From: Anaeramoeba ignava BMAN
Lineage: Eukaryota > Protista > Anaeramoebae
Length of the DNA stretch: 64,000 nt
Assembly (NCBI GenBank): GCA_028826165.1
Contig: JAPDFW010000082.1
Coordinates: forward strand, 251,466 to 315,465
Direction of reading: 5' to 3'
This document shows, piece after piece, positions 13,659 through 25,530 of this stretch. Numbering within the stretch: the first letter of the stretch is position 1; each line of letters begins with the position of its first letter. The notes beneath the pieces are model-generated. The model saw only the letters and a list, made by a program, of their open reading frames with translations, was not told where the DNA came from and did no database searches. The translations under genes and the position numbers were made by a program.

Positions 13659-13944
13659 TTGTTTTTAATTTTATTTATAATTTTTGATTTGTTTTCGTTT
13701 TTTATTTTATTTTTATTTTTATGATAATTGAAAAAAAAAAAATAATAAATCAAATAAAGAAAATATATTTAAAAAAGAAAAAAGAAAAAAAATGAAAAAT
13801 TTAAATTTGAAAAAAAAAATATTTTTAAAAATAAATGAAAAAAAAAATCAAAACAATCCATTTAAAAGAATTTAGATTTTATCCCCTAAATAAAAAATCT
13901 TTTCTCATTTCCGCATTTTTCTTGATCACAAAAGAATTTGAAAT

Positions 13945-14310
13945 TAAAAAATAATTTAAAAATAATTTAAAAATAATTTAAAAATAATCTAAAAATAATT
14001 TAAAAATAATTTAAAAATAATTTAAAAATAATTTAAAAATAATTTAAAAATAATCTAAAAATGATTTAAAAATAATTTAAAAATAATCTAAAAATAATCT
14101 AAAAATAATTTAAAAATAATCTAAAAATAATCTAAAAATAATCTAAAAATAATCTAAAAATAATCTAAAAATAATCTAAAAATAATCTAAGAATAATCTA
14201 AAAATAATTTAAAAATAATCTAAAAATAATTTAAAAATGATTCTAAAAATAAATTAAAAATGATTTAAAAATGATTTAAAAATAAATGATTTAAAAATGA
14301 TTTAAAAATA
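13945..14310. repeat. Intergenic 11-mer array AAAAATAAT(T/C)T flanked by about 65-bp imperfect direct repeats
   Basis: Period-11 tandem; flanking copies near 13892-13957 and 14353-14419. Confidence 0.88.
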
Positions 14311-14609
14311 AATGTCAATTTTGTAATAAATTTAAATTATTTCAAAAAAAACAAAAAATCTTTTCTCATTTTTTCATTTTTTTTGATCACAAAAGAATTT
14401 GAAATTTAAAAAATAATTTGTTTTTCTTTTCTTTTCTTTGTTTTAAATTTAAAAATTTCCTTTATTTTTCAAAAAAAAAAATTTCTTATTCGAAAAGAGA
14501 AAAAAATTTTGAAAAAAAAAAGTGGAACAAAAATTTTTCAAAAAGAAAAAGAAAAAGAAAAAGAAATTTAAATTTAAATTCAAATTCAAATTTTTTTATA
14601 TTTAATAAA

Positions 14610-15155
14610 TTAATTCCAAGAATCAAATAATTCTTCCCATTTCTTTTGAGTTTTTTCATTAAAAACATGACCAATTTTTTCAATTTCATCTAAAATACAT
14701 TCTCTAATTAATAAATAATTAGAAAAAATGTTTTTCTTTGTTTGAATTAATTCTAAAAAAGAAGAAATTGTTAAAAAATCTGGTCCAATTTTAGATTCCC
14801 AACAAATATTTAAATTATTCATTTGTAATTGATATTTATCAAAATAATTAAAAATTTCTTCATAAATAGATAAAAAATTTTGATAAATTCCTTCAAATTG
14901 TAGCATTAGTTTTCTTAATTCATAAAGTAAATTTTCTATTGATTTAATTTGATTTGAAATTAAATCGTTTTTAATATTTGAAAATCCTATTAAAATTCCA
15001 TAACATTTTTCTTTAAAAAAAAGTGATGTTCTTGAAGAAATATCAAGAATTTTTTCAATAATAAGTTTTGAATAATCATTTACTTCTTTCCAATCTTCAA
15101 AAACTTGATTAATTTTTTTATAAAAAGATTGAAATTTTTTAAAATGTTTTTCCAT
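14610..15155 (-). CDS. C1orf109/AIRIM-like helical protein, single exon
   Basis: 181-aa ORF with W...SR...YGIL..F..IK..LI..Q...IE.LL..L...M..F pattern recalled for the family; TCATTTT-type motif upstream. Confidence 0.55.
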   Translation of the reverse strand: MEKHFKKFQSFYKKINQVFEDWKEVNDYSKLIIEKILDISSRTSLFFKEKCYGILIGFSNIKNDLISNQIKSIENLLYELRKLMLQFEGIYQNFLSIYEEIFNYFDKYQLQMNNLNICWESKIGPDFLTISSFLELIQTKKNIFSNYLLIRECILDEIEKIGHVFNEKTQKKWEELFDSWN

Positions 15156-15461
15156 TTTTTTTAAAAAGAAAATAAAAAAGAAAAAAATGATTTTAATAAA
15201 TTATTTGATTTAATTAGAAAAAGGGGGTTTTGATTTAAAAGGAAATTTTTAATTATTATTATTTAAATGAAAAAAGAAGAGAGAAGAAACAAAAATAAAA
15301 TTTTTTTTTATTTGGAAAAATTATTTTTATTTTTTTTTCATTTTTTTTCTTTTTCTTTTTTCATTTTTTTTTTTTAAAAACAAACAAATAATATTTTCAC
15401 TTTCTTTTTTTTTGTGTTTTTTTTTAATTAATTAATTAATTAATATTTTAAAAAAAAAATA

Positions 15462-18400
15462 ATGACAAATATTCCAGATTTTCTTAATCCAAACAAAGAA
15501 AAAATCGAAAAAAATAACGAAATTGAAACAAATATTATTCAAACACCAAAAATTGAACAAGAAAATGATTTTATTATTCCTATACCATCATTTGGAGAAG
15601 TTGAAAATAAATCAAATCAATCAAATAAATTAGAATCAAACAAAGAAAATCAAAATATAAAAGAAATTAAAAGTAAAATAATTAAAAATTAAAACAAAAC
15701 AAAACAAAAGAAAAGAAATAATAAAAAAAATTTTTTTTGTGTTTTTTTTTTTGCTTTTTTCTTTTTTAAAAAAAATAAATATATATAAATATAAAAGAAA
15801 AAGAAACAAAAGAAACTAATTATAATAAAATTTATCAAACAAAGAACCCAGAAATACAACCACAAATAACTTCAGGGAATTATCAAAAAGGTATTTATTA
15901 ATTTAAAATTTATTTATTAAATTAAAATTCATTTATAAATTTAAATTAATTTCGAAATTAAAATTAAAATTAAAATTTAAATTAAAAAATAAAATTTATT
16001 TATAAAATTTAAATTCATTTATAAAATTAAAATTCATTTATAAATTTAAAATTCATTTATAAAATTAAAATTCATTTATAAAATTCAAATTAAAATTAAA
16101 ATTTATTTATAAATTTAAAATTAAAATTAAAATTTAAATTAAAATTAAAATTAAAATTAAAATTAAAATTCATTTATAAAATTAAAATTCATTTATAAAT
16201 TAAAATTTAAATTAAAAAATAAAATTAAAATTAAAATTCATTTATTAAATTAAAATTAAAATTCATTTATAAATTAAAATTAAAATTGAAATTAAAATTC
16301 ATTTATAAAATAAAAATAAAAATTAAAATTAAAATTAAAATTTTTAGATCTTGATGATTTAAACCAATTAAAAAGAGCAATATCTGTTCAAAGTAAAAAA
16401 AACTTTGAAATTGAAAAAGAAATCAAACAATTAGATCAAAAAATCGCACTTTTAATCAAAAATCGAATTACATTAAACGAAGTACAAATATCGAACATAG
16501 AAGATCAAGAAGAAAAAGTAATATCAATAAAAGATGAGAGAGTAAGGGATCAATACAGTGGATTATTCTATTTAATGTATCACATGCCTAAGTATATAGC
16601 GACAGTAACAAGATATGTGAATCCCGGCGAATGTGAAAAATTACTTCAAATTGTGATGTTTACAATTTATGGAAATCATTATGATCAAAGAGAAGAAAAA
16701 TTACTGCTTAATTTATTTGAACTTGCACTTTATTCTGAGTTTAAAAATTGCACACATACTAATACTTTATTGAGAGCAAATACTACAATTACAAAATTAT
16801 TATTTACTTATACTAGAAGAGGTCCTGGTCAACTTTACTTGAAAAAATTATTGGCGGATCATCTTCAAGCTATTGCTTCTGATGAAGAGCTTAATCTTGA
16901 AATTAATCCTGTTAGAATTTATGAACAATGGGTTAATGAAGAAGAATCAAGAACTGGAATAACTTCTGAAATGAAAAAGAAAGTAACTTATGAAGAAGCT
17001 GCTGAACATCCAAAAGTTATAGAATTATTAGGTCCAAGAGTTTTAAAATTACAAGAATTATTTAATGATGTTTGTTATAAAATTAAAATTCATTTATAAA
17101 ATTAAAATTCAAATTAAAATCAAAATTTAAATTAAAATTCATTTATAAAATTAAAATTAAAATTAAAATTAAAATTTATAAAATTAAAATTTATTTATAA
17201 AATTAAAATTAAAATTAAAATTTATTTATAAAATTAAAATTAAAATTAAAATTTATTTATAAAATTAAAATTTATTTATAAAATTAAAATTTATTTATAA
17301 AATTATTTTTTAAAGTTATTACAATTAATTGCAGACAAAATCGATATGGTTCCTTATGGAATTCGTTTAATTTGTAAACAAATCAGAAAATTAACTCTTG
17401 AATTTTTCCCTAATGCAGATAAATATGATATTGCTGCACTTGTTGGTGGTTTTTTTATTCTTAGATTTCTTAATCCAGCAGTTGTAACTCCAACAGCATA
17501 TCACATTGTAGAAGGAAAATTAACACCAAATGCAAGAAGAAATTTAACACTTCTTGCAAAACTCTTACAGTTATTATCAAACATGGTTGATTCATTTGGG
17601 AAAAAAGAAATTTATATGGCAATTTTAAGGGATTTTATGGTTGAGAAAAAAAAACAACTTGCAATATTTCTTGAGGATATTTGCGATGTTGCAGACTTGG
17701 AAACAGATGATGAACTTGATCAATTTCTCGCACTTTCCTCAGAGAATGTGACTATTAGTGTGACACTTAATGAACTGTTTTTTATTCATGAACTATTTGC
17801 AAAATATTCAGATAAAGTTATTCAAGATGAAAATGATCCTTTAAAAACTGCACTTGATAAAATGGGAGAAGCACCAAAACAACTTGATCGAGATCAAAAC
17901 CCAACTGTTCAACTTACATTAGCAAATCATTACGCAAATCCACTCTCGAAAGAACGAGGAAATGTTCTTAAAATGTATCAAGAAACAAAAGAAATGTTGG
18001 CAACAATTTATCAACAATTATTGGATGGATTGAAGGAAGAAGAAGTTGATGCTAAAATATTTGTAAAAAATTTACAGAAATTGAGGAACGAAGCAAAGGC
18101 ATCAAAAGACAGAAAAGCAAATCGCAAGATTAAACGCATCATGTTTAATATGAAGAAGTTATTGAAAGAAAAAATCATCTCAAAAAATAATAATTTCAAA
18201 AAACTTCGGTCTGATGTCGCAAATTATATCAAACAGAGACAAATCAATCATCAAAGAATTGTTAACGAATCTTCACTACTCATGTCAGTGAAAGAAAGTG
18301 TTGATCGACATTTTGATTATTTAAAGAACCAACTTGGAATTTATAGGGAATATTTGGATAATGTCAGAAAACAAGCATTTGAAAAGAATCAAAAAACTTT

Positions 18401-18719
18401 TAAAGGATCTCAACAAAGAAAAAAGAAAGTAATGAAATTTTCTCATAACGAACTTGAGAAAATTGGAGTTTTATCAGATTCAGAAGTTCCAAAAGAAAGA
18501 AGAACTTTTGTTTACTTCAAAATATCAACTACTTCTTCACCTGGTATTTTTAATTTCGAACTTTGTTATAAGAATAAACCAAATCCTCTTTATGTTACTA
18601 ATCTTCATATGGAAACTATTTTGGAAGCTCAACATAATTCTGAAATTTTTCTTGAACTTGATCATGTTGCTTTGAATGTTAATTTCTTAATTCATTTATT
18701 GAAAAAGAATTTTCTTTAA
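15462..18719 (+). CDS. IQGAP-related/Gap1-type RasGAP (RasGAP + RasGAP_C); exons approx. 15462-15672, 15798-15890, 16348-17069, 17316-18719
   Basis: LDQKIALLIKNRI, MFTIYGNHYDQREEKLLL, LLRANT, LNLEINP, VPYGIR, GGFFILRFLNPAVVTP, RRNLTLLAKLLQ, and C-terminal LNVNFLIHLLKKNF. Confidence 0.92.
15900..16340. repeat. Intronic (AAAATT)n/TCATTTATA array
   Basis: Visible tandem in RasGAP intron 2. Confidence 0.88.
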
Positions 18720-18844
18720 AATAATTTTTTTCTTTTTAAAATAATTTTTTACTTCATTTGAAATTCTCAATCAAAATTTTTAATTAATTAAACCCAAAAA
18801 AACAAATTAAAATTAAAAATTGAAATCAAAATTGAAATCAAAAT

Positions 18845-21211
18845 TCAAAATCGAATTTCATAAAATTTTTCAGGAGAATAAGTTATATAACGAACCCAAG
18901 AAAAGGATTCATAATTTGATTTTTCATAAATTTTTAAAAATTCAACACGAATTCCAGAAAGAATATGATTTGGCATTCCAAATTGGATTGTAATTGGTTG
19001 TTTTTCATTTTTAGTTTTTGTATCTTTTGAAAATGAAGATAAACCGAAATGGGCTTTAAGAGTATATTCTTTTTTGCCTTGAAAAATCTTGAAGAACCAA
19101 ATCAAGCAATTCAAATCAGGACGATAATCACATTTTCCTCTTGAGGTTTTAATTTTTGGAGAATCAGCAAATTCAGAAACAGGAATAATTACTAAAACTT
19201 TTTTTGCTTCCCATTTTTCATTAAACATTGATTTTACTTTGATTAAATATTCAATTCTTGAACCTGGATGTTTTTCAACCATTGTTTCCACTAGAAATGG
19301 TGGTTTTACTTTTCCTGAAATTCTGTATGACATTAATTCAAATTTTATATCTGGTGGAATGAATGTGATTGTTCTTGATGATTCAAATTCTTTCAATCTA
19401 ACACATGGATGAAATTTGAGATCATCAAATTCAATTTGCGGATTTGCTTTTGATTTTTCTGTTGTTGAATCTTTTGAAAATTTTTAATTTTTTATTTTAA
19501 TTTTTTAATTGTTTTTTATTTTACTTAATGTTTCTGAAAGTCTAATTTTGTCGTTAAGTCCTAAATGAACTGTTGGATTTCCTGTCAATCTAGGGAACAT
19601 TTTAATTGAACCAATGATTTCAGAACTAATTATTTCATTTGATTTGAATTTAATTTGATTTAAATTTAATTTGATTTGATTTTATTTTGATTTGATTTGA
19701 TTTAATTTGATTTGATTTGATTTAATTTGGTTTGATTTATTTTAATTTGATTTAATTTAATTTAATTTAATTTAATTTGGATTTAATTTGATTTAATTTG
19801 GATTTAATTTGATTTAATTTGATTTAATTTAATTTAATTTGATTTAATTTGAATTTAAATTTATTTAATTTAATTTGATTTTATTTAAATTGATTTGATT
19901 TAATTTAATTTAATTTGATTTAAATTTGATTTAAATTTGATTTTATTTAATTTAATTTTATTTGATTTGATTTAATTTGATTTGATTTTATTTTTTTGAT
20001 TTGATTTGATTTAATTTGATTTAATTTAAATTTATTTAATTTAAATTTATTTAATTTGATTTAAAATTTTGATTTAAATTTAAATTTGATTTAAATTTAA
20101 ATTTGATTTAATTTAATTTAATTTAATTTAATTTGATTTTTTAAATTTGATTTAAATTTGATTTAATTTGATTTAATTTGATTTAAATTTGATTTAAAAT
20201 TTAATTTGATTTGATTTAATTTAATTTAATTTGATTTAATTTAATTTTATTTGATTTTATTTTTTGATTTGAATTTAATTTGATTTGATTTGATTTTGAT
20301 TTTATTTAAATTGATTTGATTTGATTTGATTTGATTTGATTTGGGTTGATTTGATTTGATTTACTTTTGATTTAATTTGATTTAAATTTGATTTAAATTT
20401 GATTTGATTTGATTTAATTTGATTTAATTTAATTTTATTTAATTTAATTTGATTTAATTTAATTTTATTTAATTTAAATTTGATTTAATTTGATTTAAAT
20501 TTATTTAATTTGATTTAATTTAATTTTATTTGATTTAATTTGATTTAAATTTAATTTGATTTAATTTGATTTTATTTGATTTAATTTGATTTGATTTGAT
20601 TTGGGTTGATTTGATTTGATTTACTTAATAACTCTTCCAGTTGAGGAAATTGTCATTTGAAGTTTTTCAGACACATCAACATAAACCTCATTCTTTTTAA
20701 ATATAGCATTTCCAGATCTCCAAGATACAGCACTTGTTAAAACAGTTGTGATTGAATTTTTTTGATTACTTTCAACAAATTGATTTGCTTCTGATGAAAT
20801 ATATTCCTTTAGTAGACTAGATTCTGAAAGTTGAGGATAACCAAAATCCATCATTTCATCAAGTAATTGATGAATTAAAACATAATTATCTGTTATACTT
20901 TCTTCATTCACGATTTGAAAATAATCTTGAAAAACTTGAATTGTTTTATAAAGAAATTCTATAATGATTCCCACATTTAAATTTGTTGTTGTTTTTGCTA
21001 TTCCTACAAAATCAAGTGAATTGTGTGTTATAAAAATATAAGATGTTCCTTCTTGATCCTCAATTATAGGCTTTTTTTCACTTTCATTTTCTTGTTCTCT
21101 TATTTTATTAAAAAAATTTTTGATTTTTATTATTGAAAATTCTCCTCTATATATTCTTGATATTAAAATAGTTCCTTTTGGATTTATTATTAAAATTCCT
21201 GAACAAGCCAT
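18845..21211 (-). CDS. Adaptor complex medium subunit, AP-1 mu-like; exons 21211-20625, 19625-19525, 19470-18845
   Basis: LISRIYRGE, EESITDNYVLIHQLLDEMMDFGYPQ, SAVSWRS, KNEVYVDV, LGLNDK, DDLKFHPCVRL, FIPPD, SGIRVEFLKIYEKSNY..WVRY. Confidence 0.93.
19640..20620. repeat. Intronic pentamer array (ATTTG/ATTTA)n
   Basis: Visible tandem in AP mu intron 1. Confidence 0.9.
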
Positions 21212-21495
21212 TTCAAACTATTTTTTATTACTATTAATTATTTTATATTTTATATTTTTAAATGATTATTGATTATTAAAAAAAGAGAAAAGAGAAAAAG
21301 AAAAAAAATGAAATCTTTTTCTTCTTTTCTTTTAATTTTTAATTTTTAATTTTTATTTTTAATTTTTTGATTTTAATGATGAAAGATGACGTTTTATGCA
21401 ATAAAAATAAAACAACATTATTTAATTTTTTTTTCCCTTTTTTTTTTCAAATCATTTTTCTTTTTCATTTTTTTAAAAAAAAAAATAAAACTAAA

Positions 21496-24400
21496 ATGCT
21501 TGGTATTAAATTATAAATTACAAAAAACAAAACAAAAGAAAAAGATCCGAAATTCATTTATTAATATTTTTCCATTTTAAACCAATTTGAATTTATTATT
21601 ATTTATTATTAATTAATTAATTTGATAAAAAGATATTGAAGCAGAAAAAACTTGGAAAACAATTGAATTTAATAACGTTAAACCTCCTACTCAAAGATTT
21701 CGACCAGCTCATGTTCTTTACCAAAATAAAGTATGGATTCATGGAGGAACAACAACAAATAGTGGTGATTGCGATGAACTTTATCAATATGATATTGGTA
21801 TTTTGATTTCTTTATTGATTCTATTTATCAAATTTTCATTAATTTAATTCCTATTTTTTTTTTTTCTTTCTTCTAAAAAAAAAAGAAACTTGTGAATGGA
21901 AAGAAGTAGTTCAAAAGGGATCAATAATTGGCAAAAGACATGGTCATACTGCTGTTGTTTATCACGATTTTATGTTTGTTTTTGGAGGTTTGTTTTCTCT
22001 TTTTTGATTTTTTTTTTAATCCAAAAAATTTTTCCGTTTTTTTTCAATTTATGAAAATATAATTTATTAATATATATCTAATTCTTGATTTAATTATTTT
22101 TAGGTTATGGAGGTAATGAAAATCCCTTTTATATGTTTGAATTTGGTAAGTTCTTTTCTAGAAAGTATTTTTTTGCTTTTTAATTTTTTTTTCTCATTTT
22201 ATTTTTTTGTTAAATAAATAAATAAATAATTAAATAATTAATTAAATAATTAAAGCAACTGGTATTTGGACTGTTGTAAAATGTGAAGGAGAATTACCAA
22301 ATAATTATCGATATCATACTGCTGTTGTTTATAAAGAGTAATGATCAAAATCAAAATTAAAATCAAAATCTAAAATCAAAATTAAAATCAAAATCTAAAT
22401 CTAAATCAAATTAAATCTAAATCTAAATCTAAATCTAAATCAAAATCTAAATTAAAATCAAAATTTAAATCTAAATCAAAATCAAAATCTAAATCTAAAT
22501 CTAAATCTAAATCTAAATCTAAATCTAAATCTAAATCAAAATCAAAATCAAAATCAAAATCAAAATCAAAATCAAAATCAAAATCAAAATAAAAATCAAA
22601 ATCAAAATCAAAATCAAAATTAAAATCAAAATCTAAATCAAAATTAAAATCTAAATCAAAATCTAAATCTAAATCTAAATCAAAATCAAAATCTAAATCT
22701 AAATCTAAATCTAAATCTAAATCTAAATCTAAATCAAAATCAAAATCAAAATCTAAATTAAAATCTAAATCTAAATCAAAATCAAAATCAAAATCAAAAT
22801 CAAAATCAAAATCAAAATCTAAATTAAAATCAAAATCTAAATCAAAATCAAAATCAAAATCAAAATCTAAAATCAAAATCAAAATCAAAATCAAAATCAA
22901 AATCAAAATCTAAAAAAATCAAAATCAAAATCAAAATCAAAATCAAAATCAAAATCAAAATCAAAATCTAAATCAAAATTTAAATCTAAATCTAAATTAA
23001 ATTTAAAGCGAAATGCTTGTTTATGGAAAAACTGGATTTTTCAGTTCTGGAAGTTCTTTTCATATTTATAATTTCTTATCAAATACATGGACAAGAGTTG
23101 CGATTGATGATCCTCTTTTTTATTCAGATTCAAGTCATACAGCTGTTGTTTATGGTCATTCTTGTTTTATTTATGGAGGTTATTCCCATGGAGCATCAAA
23201 TAATCGTTTTATACGTTATGATTTCCGTAAAAATATTTAATATCAAATATATTTATAATTAAATATATTTAATATCAAATATATTTATAATTAAAAATAA
23301 TTAAAATCAAAATATATTTAAAATTATATTTAAAATCAAAATATATTTAATATTAAATATATTTATATCAAATATAATTAAAATCAAAATATATTTATAA
23401 TCAAAATATATTTAAAATCAAAATATATTCAGCAAATAAAAAATGGTCTGAAATTAAAGTTAATGGTCCTCCACCACCAAATCGAGAATCTCATTCTGCA
23501 ATAATAAAATATCATGAAATGGTTACTTTTGGTGGTTCTGAAAGGAAAGTAGGAACATTTGGAACAATTTTCAATTATAATTTTCTTGAAAATAAATGGC
23601 ATGAAATTGTCCCACGAGAAGGAACAGCACCTGATCCACGAGGTAAATAAATTATTCTCCAAATTTAATTAAATATTTTTTGATTTAATTTAATTTAATA
23701 TTTTGATTTAATTAAATATTTTGATTTAATTAAATATTTTGATTTAATTTAATATTTTTTGATTTATTTTCATTGAATATTTTGATTTAATTTAATATTT
23801 TTTGATTTAATTAAATATTTTGATTTAATTGAATATTTTGATTTAATTTAATTTTTTGATTTAATTGAATATTTTGATTTAATTTAATATTTTGATTTAA
23901 TTTAATATTTTTTGATTCATTTTCATTTAATATTTTGATTTAATATTTTTTGATTTGATTTAATTTAATATTTTGATTTTCATTTAATTAAATAAAAATA
24001 AAAAGATGACCATTCAGCAGTAATTTCTGAATCTAAAATGATTATATTTTTTGGAGTAACTTCAATGAATTCCAACTCAGAATTCTCACTTAATTCAGCA
24101 GCATTTAGTGATGCATTTGTGTATCAATTTGAAATGAATATTTATTCTGACATGGAAAGATTTCTAACTAGAGAAGAATTCACAGATATCAGAATTGACA
24201 CTATGGATTCGAAATTTATATCGTGCCATTCAGAAATTGTTGCAGCACGATTTTTACCACGAAAATTTAGCAAAAATTTTTTCTTGCAAATTGTGAAATT
24301 GGAAGAATATGAAGTAGTGAAATTACTTTTAGAATATATTTATTACGATAAATACAGTTGCGAATACACGGATTTGAATGATAAACTCCAAGCATTAGCG

Positions 24401-25321
24401 AGTAAATTAGGGCTTCAAGAGCTCGAGGATTTATGTTCTGCAAAAGAATTGTTCAAGAAAACGCATTTGGGAGAAAATTTCAAAAAACTTTATTTGGAAG
24501 AAGAATCAAAAACATTCACAATAATTTGCCAAGAGAAAAGAATCCGGGTTCATAAGTCTATTTTGATATCAAGATCCGAATTATTTAGAGGACTTCTTTT
24601 TTCTGCCGATGATACAAGCGATGAAGTGAATGATATGAGTGGATTATCTCCAGAAATGCTTGAACATTTTATTTACTTTCTTTATACTGATTCTATTCAG
24701 GATAACTTGGATCTTAAAGACTACATTGCTTTACTCGGTATTTCCGATTATTTTGGTCTTTCAAATAATTTGTTGGATTGGCAAATTGAAAAAATTTTGA
24801 TCCAAAAAATTGATATGAATACTCTTCCTGATATTTTTGAAAAGGCTCTTACTCTTGATTTGAATTCTTTGAGAACTGCTTGTCTTGAATTTATTTTCCA
24901 GAATGATTTGGATAAAAATCCTGATTTCGATGATGTTTGTCAAGGTGAGCTTGATGTTGTTAAAGAACTTGCTCAAAATTATCGAAAGAAAAGAGAAACT
25001 GAAATTCAAAAGAATTTGGAAAAAGAAAAAAAGAAAAAGGAAGAAGAAGAAAGGCAAAAAAAAGAAACGGAAAGAAGGATTCATTTGTTAAATCCAGATT
25101 TCAATGATCAGAATTTATTACCTTTTACTTTTAATTCATCTCCAATTCCAAATCCACCAAATACTTCAAATACTTCAAACACTTCAAATACTTCAAATAC
25201 TTCAAACAATTCAAACAATTCAAACACTTCAAACAATTCAAATACTTCAAACAATTCAAATAGAAATTCACAAAAAAAGATTGACAAAAAAGAGATTAAA
25301 AAAAAATGCAATTTCATGTGA
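21496..25321 (+). CDS. Kelch-repeat + tandem BTB protein (LZTR1-like architecture) ending in polybasic + CaaX; 8 exons
   Basis: Spliced Kelch blades (RHGHTAVVY..MFVFGG, YHTAVVY, RESHSA..YFFGG), two BTB domains (TDI...CHSEIVAAR; VHKSILISRSELFRGL), terminus KKEIKKKCNFM*. Confidence 0.88.
22345..23005. repeat. Intronic hexamer array (AAAATC/TAAATC)n
   Basis: Visible tandem in Kelch-BTB intron. Confidence 0.9.
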
Positions 25322-25530
25322 GTTTCTTGAACAAAAACATTTTATCCGAAATGAATCACAATAATTTCTTTTCTATTTTCTTTTCTATTTCCTTTTTTAT
25401 TTTCTTTTTATTTTCTTTTCTATTTTGGTATTCAAATAAATAATTATGAAATTTTGTGATGAAAAAAATGGGTTTGCTTTTTTTTTTAATGAAAAAAAGA
25501 AGAATAAAAACTCCAATTTTATAATTTTTC

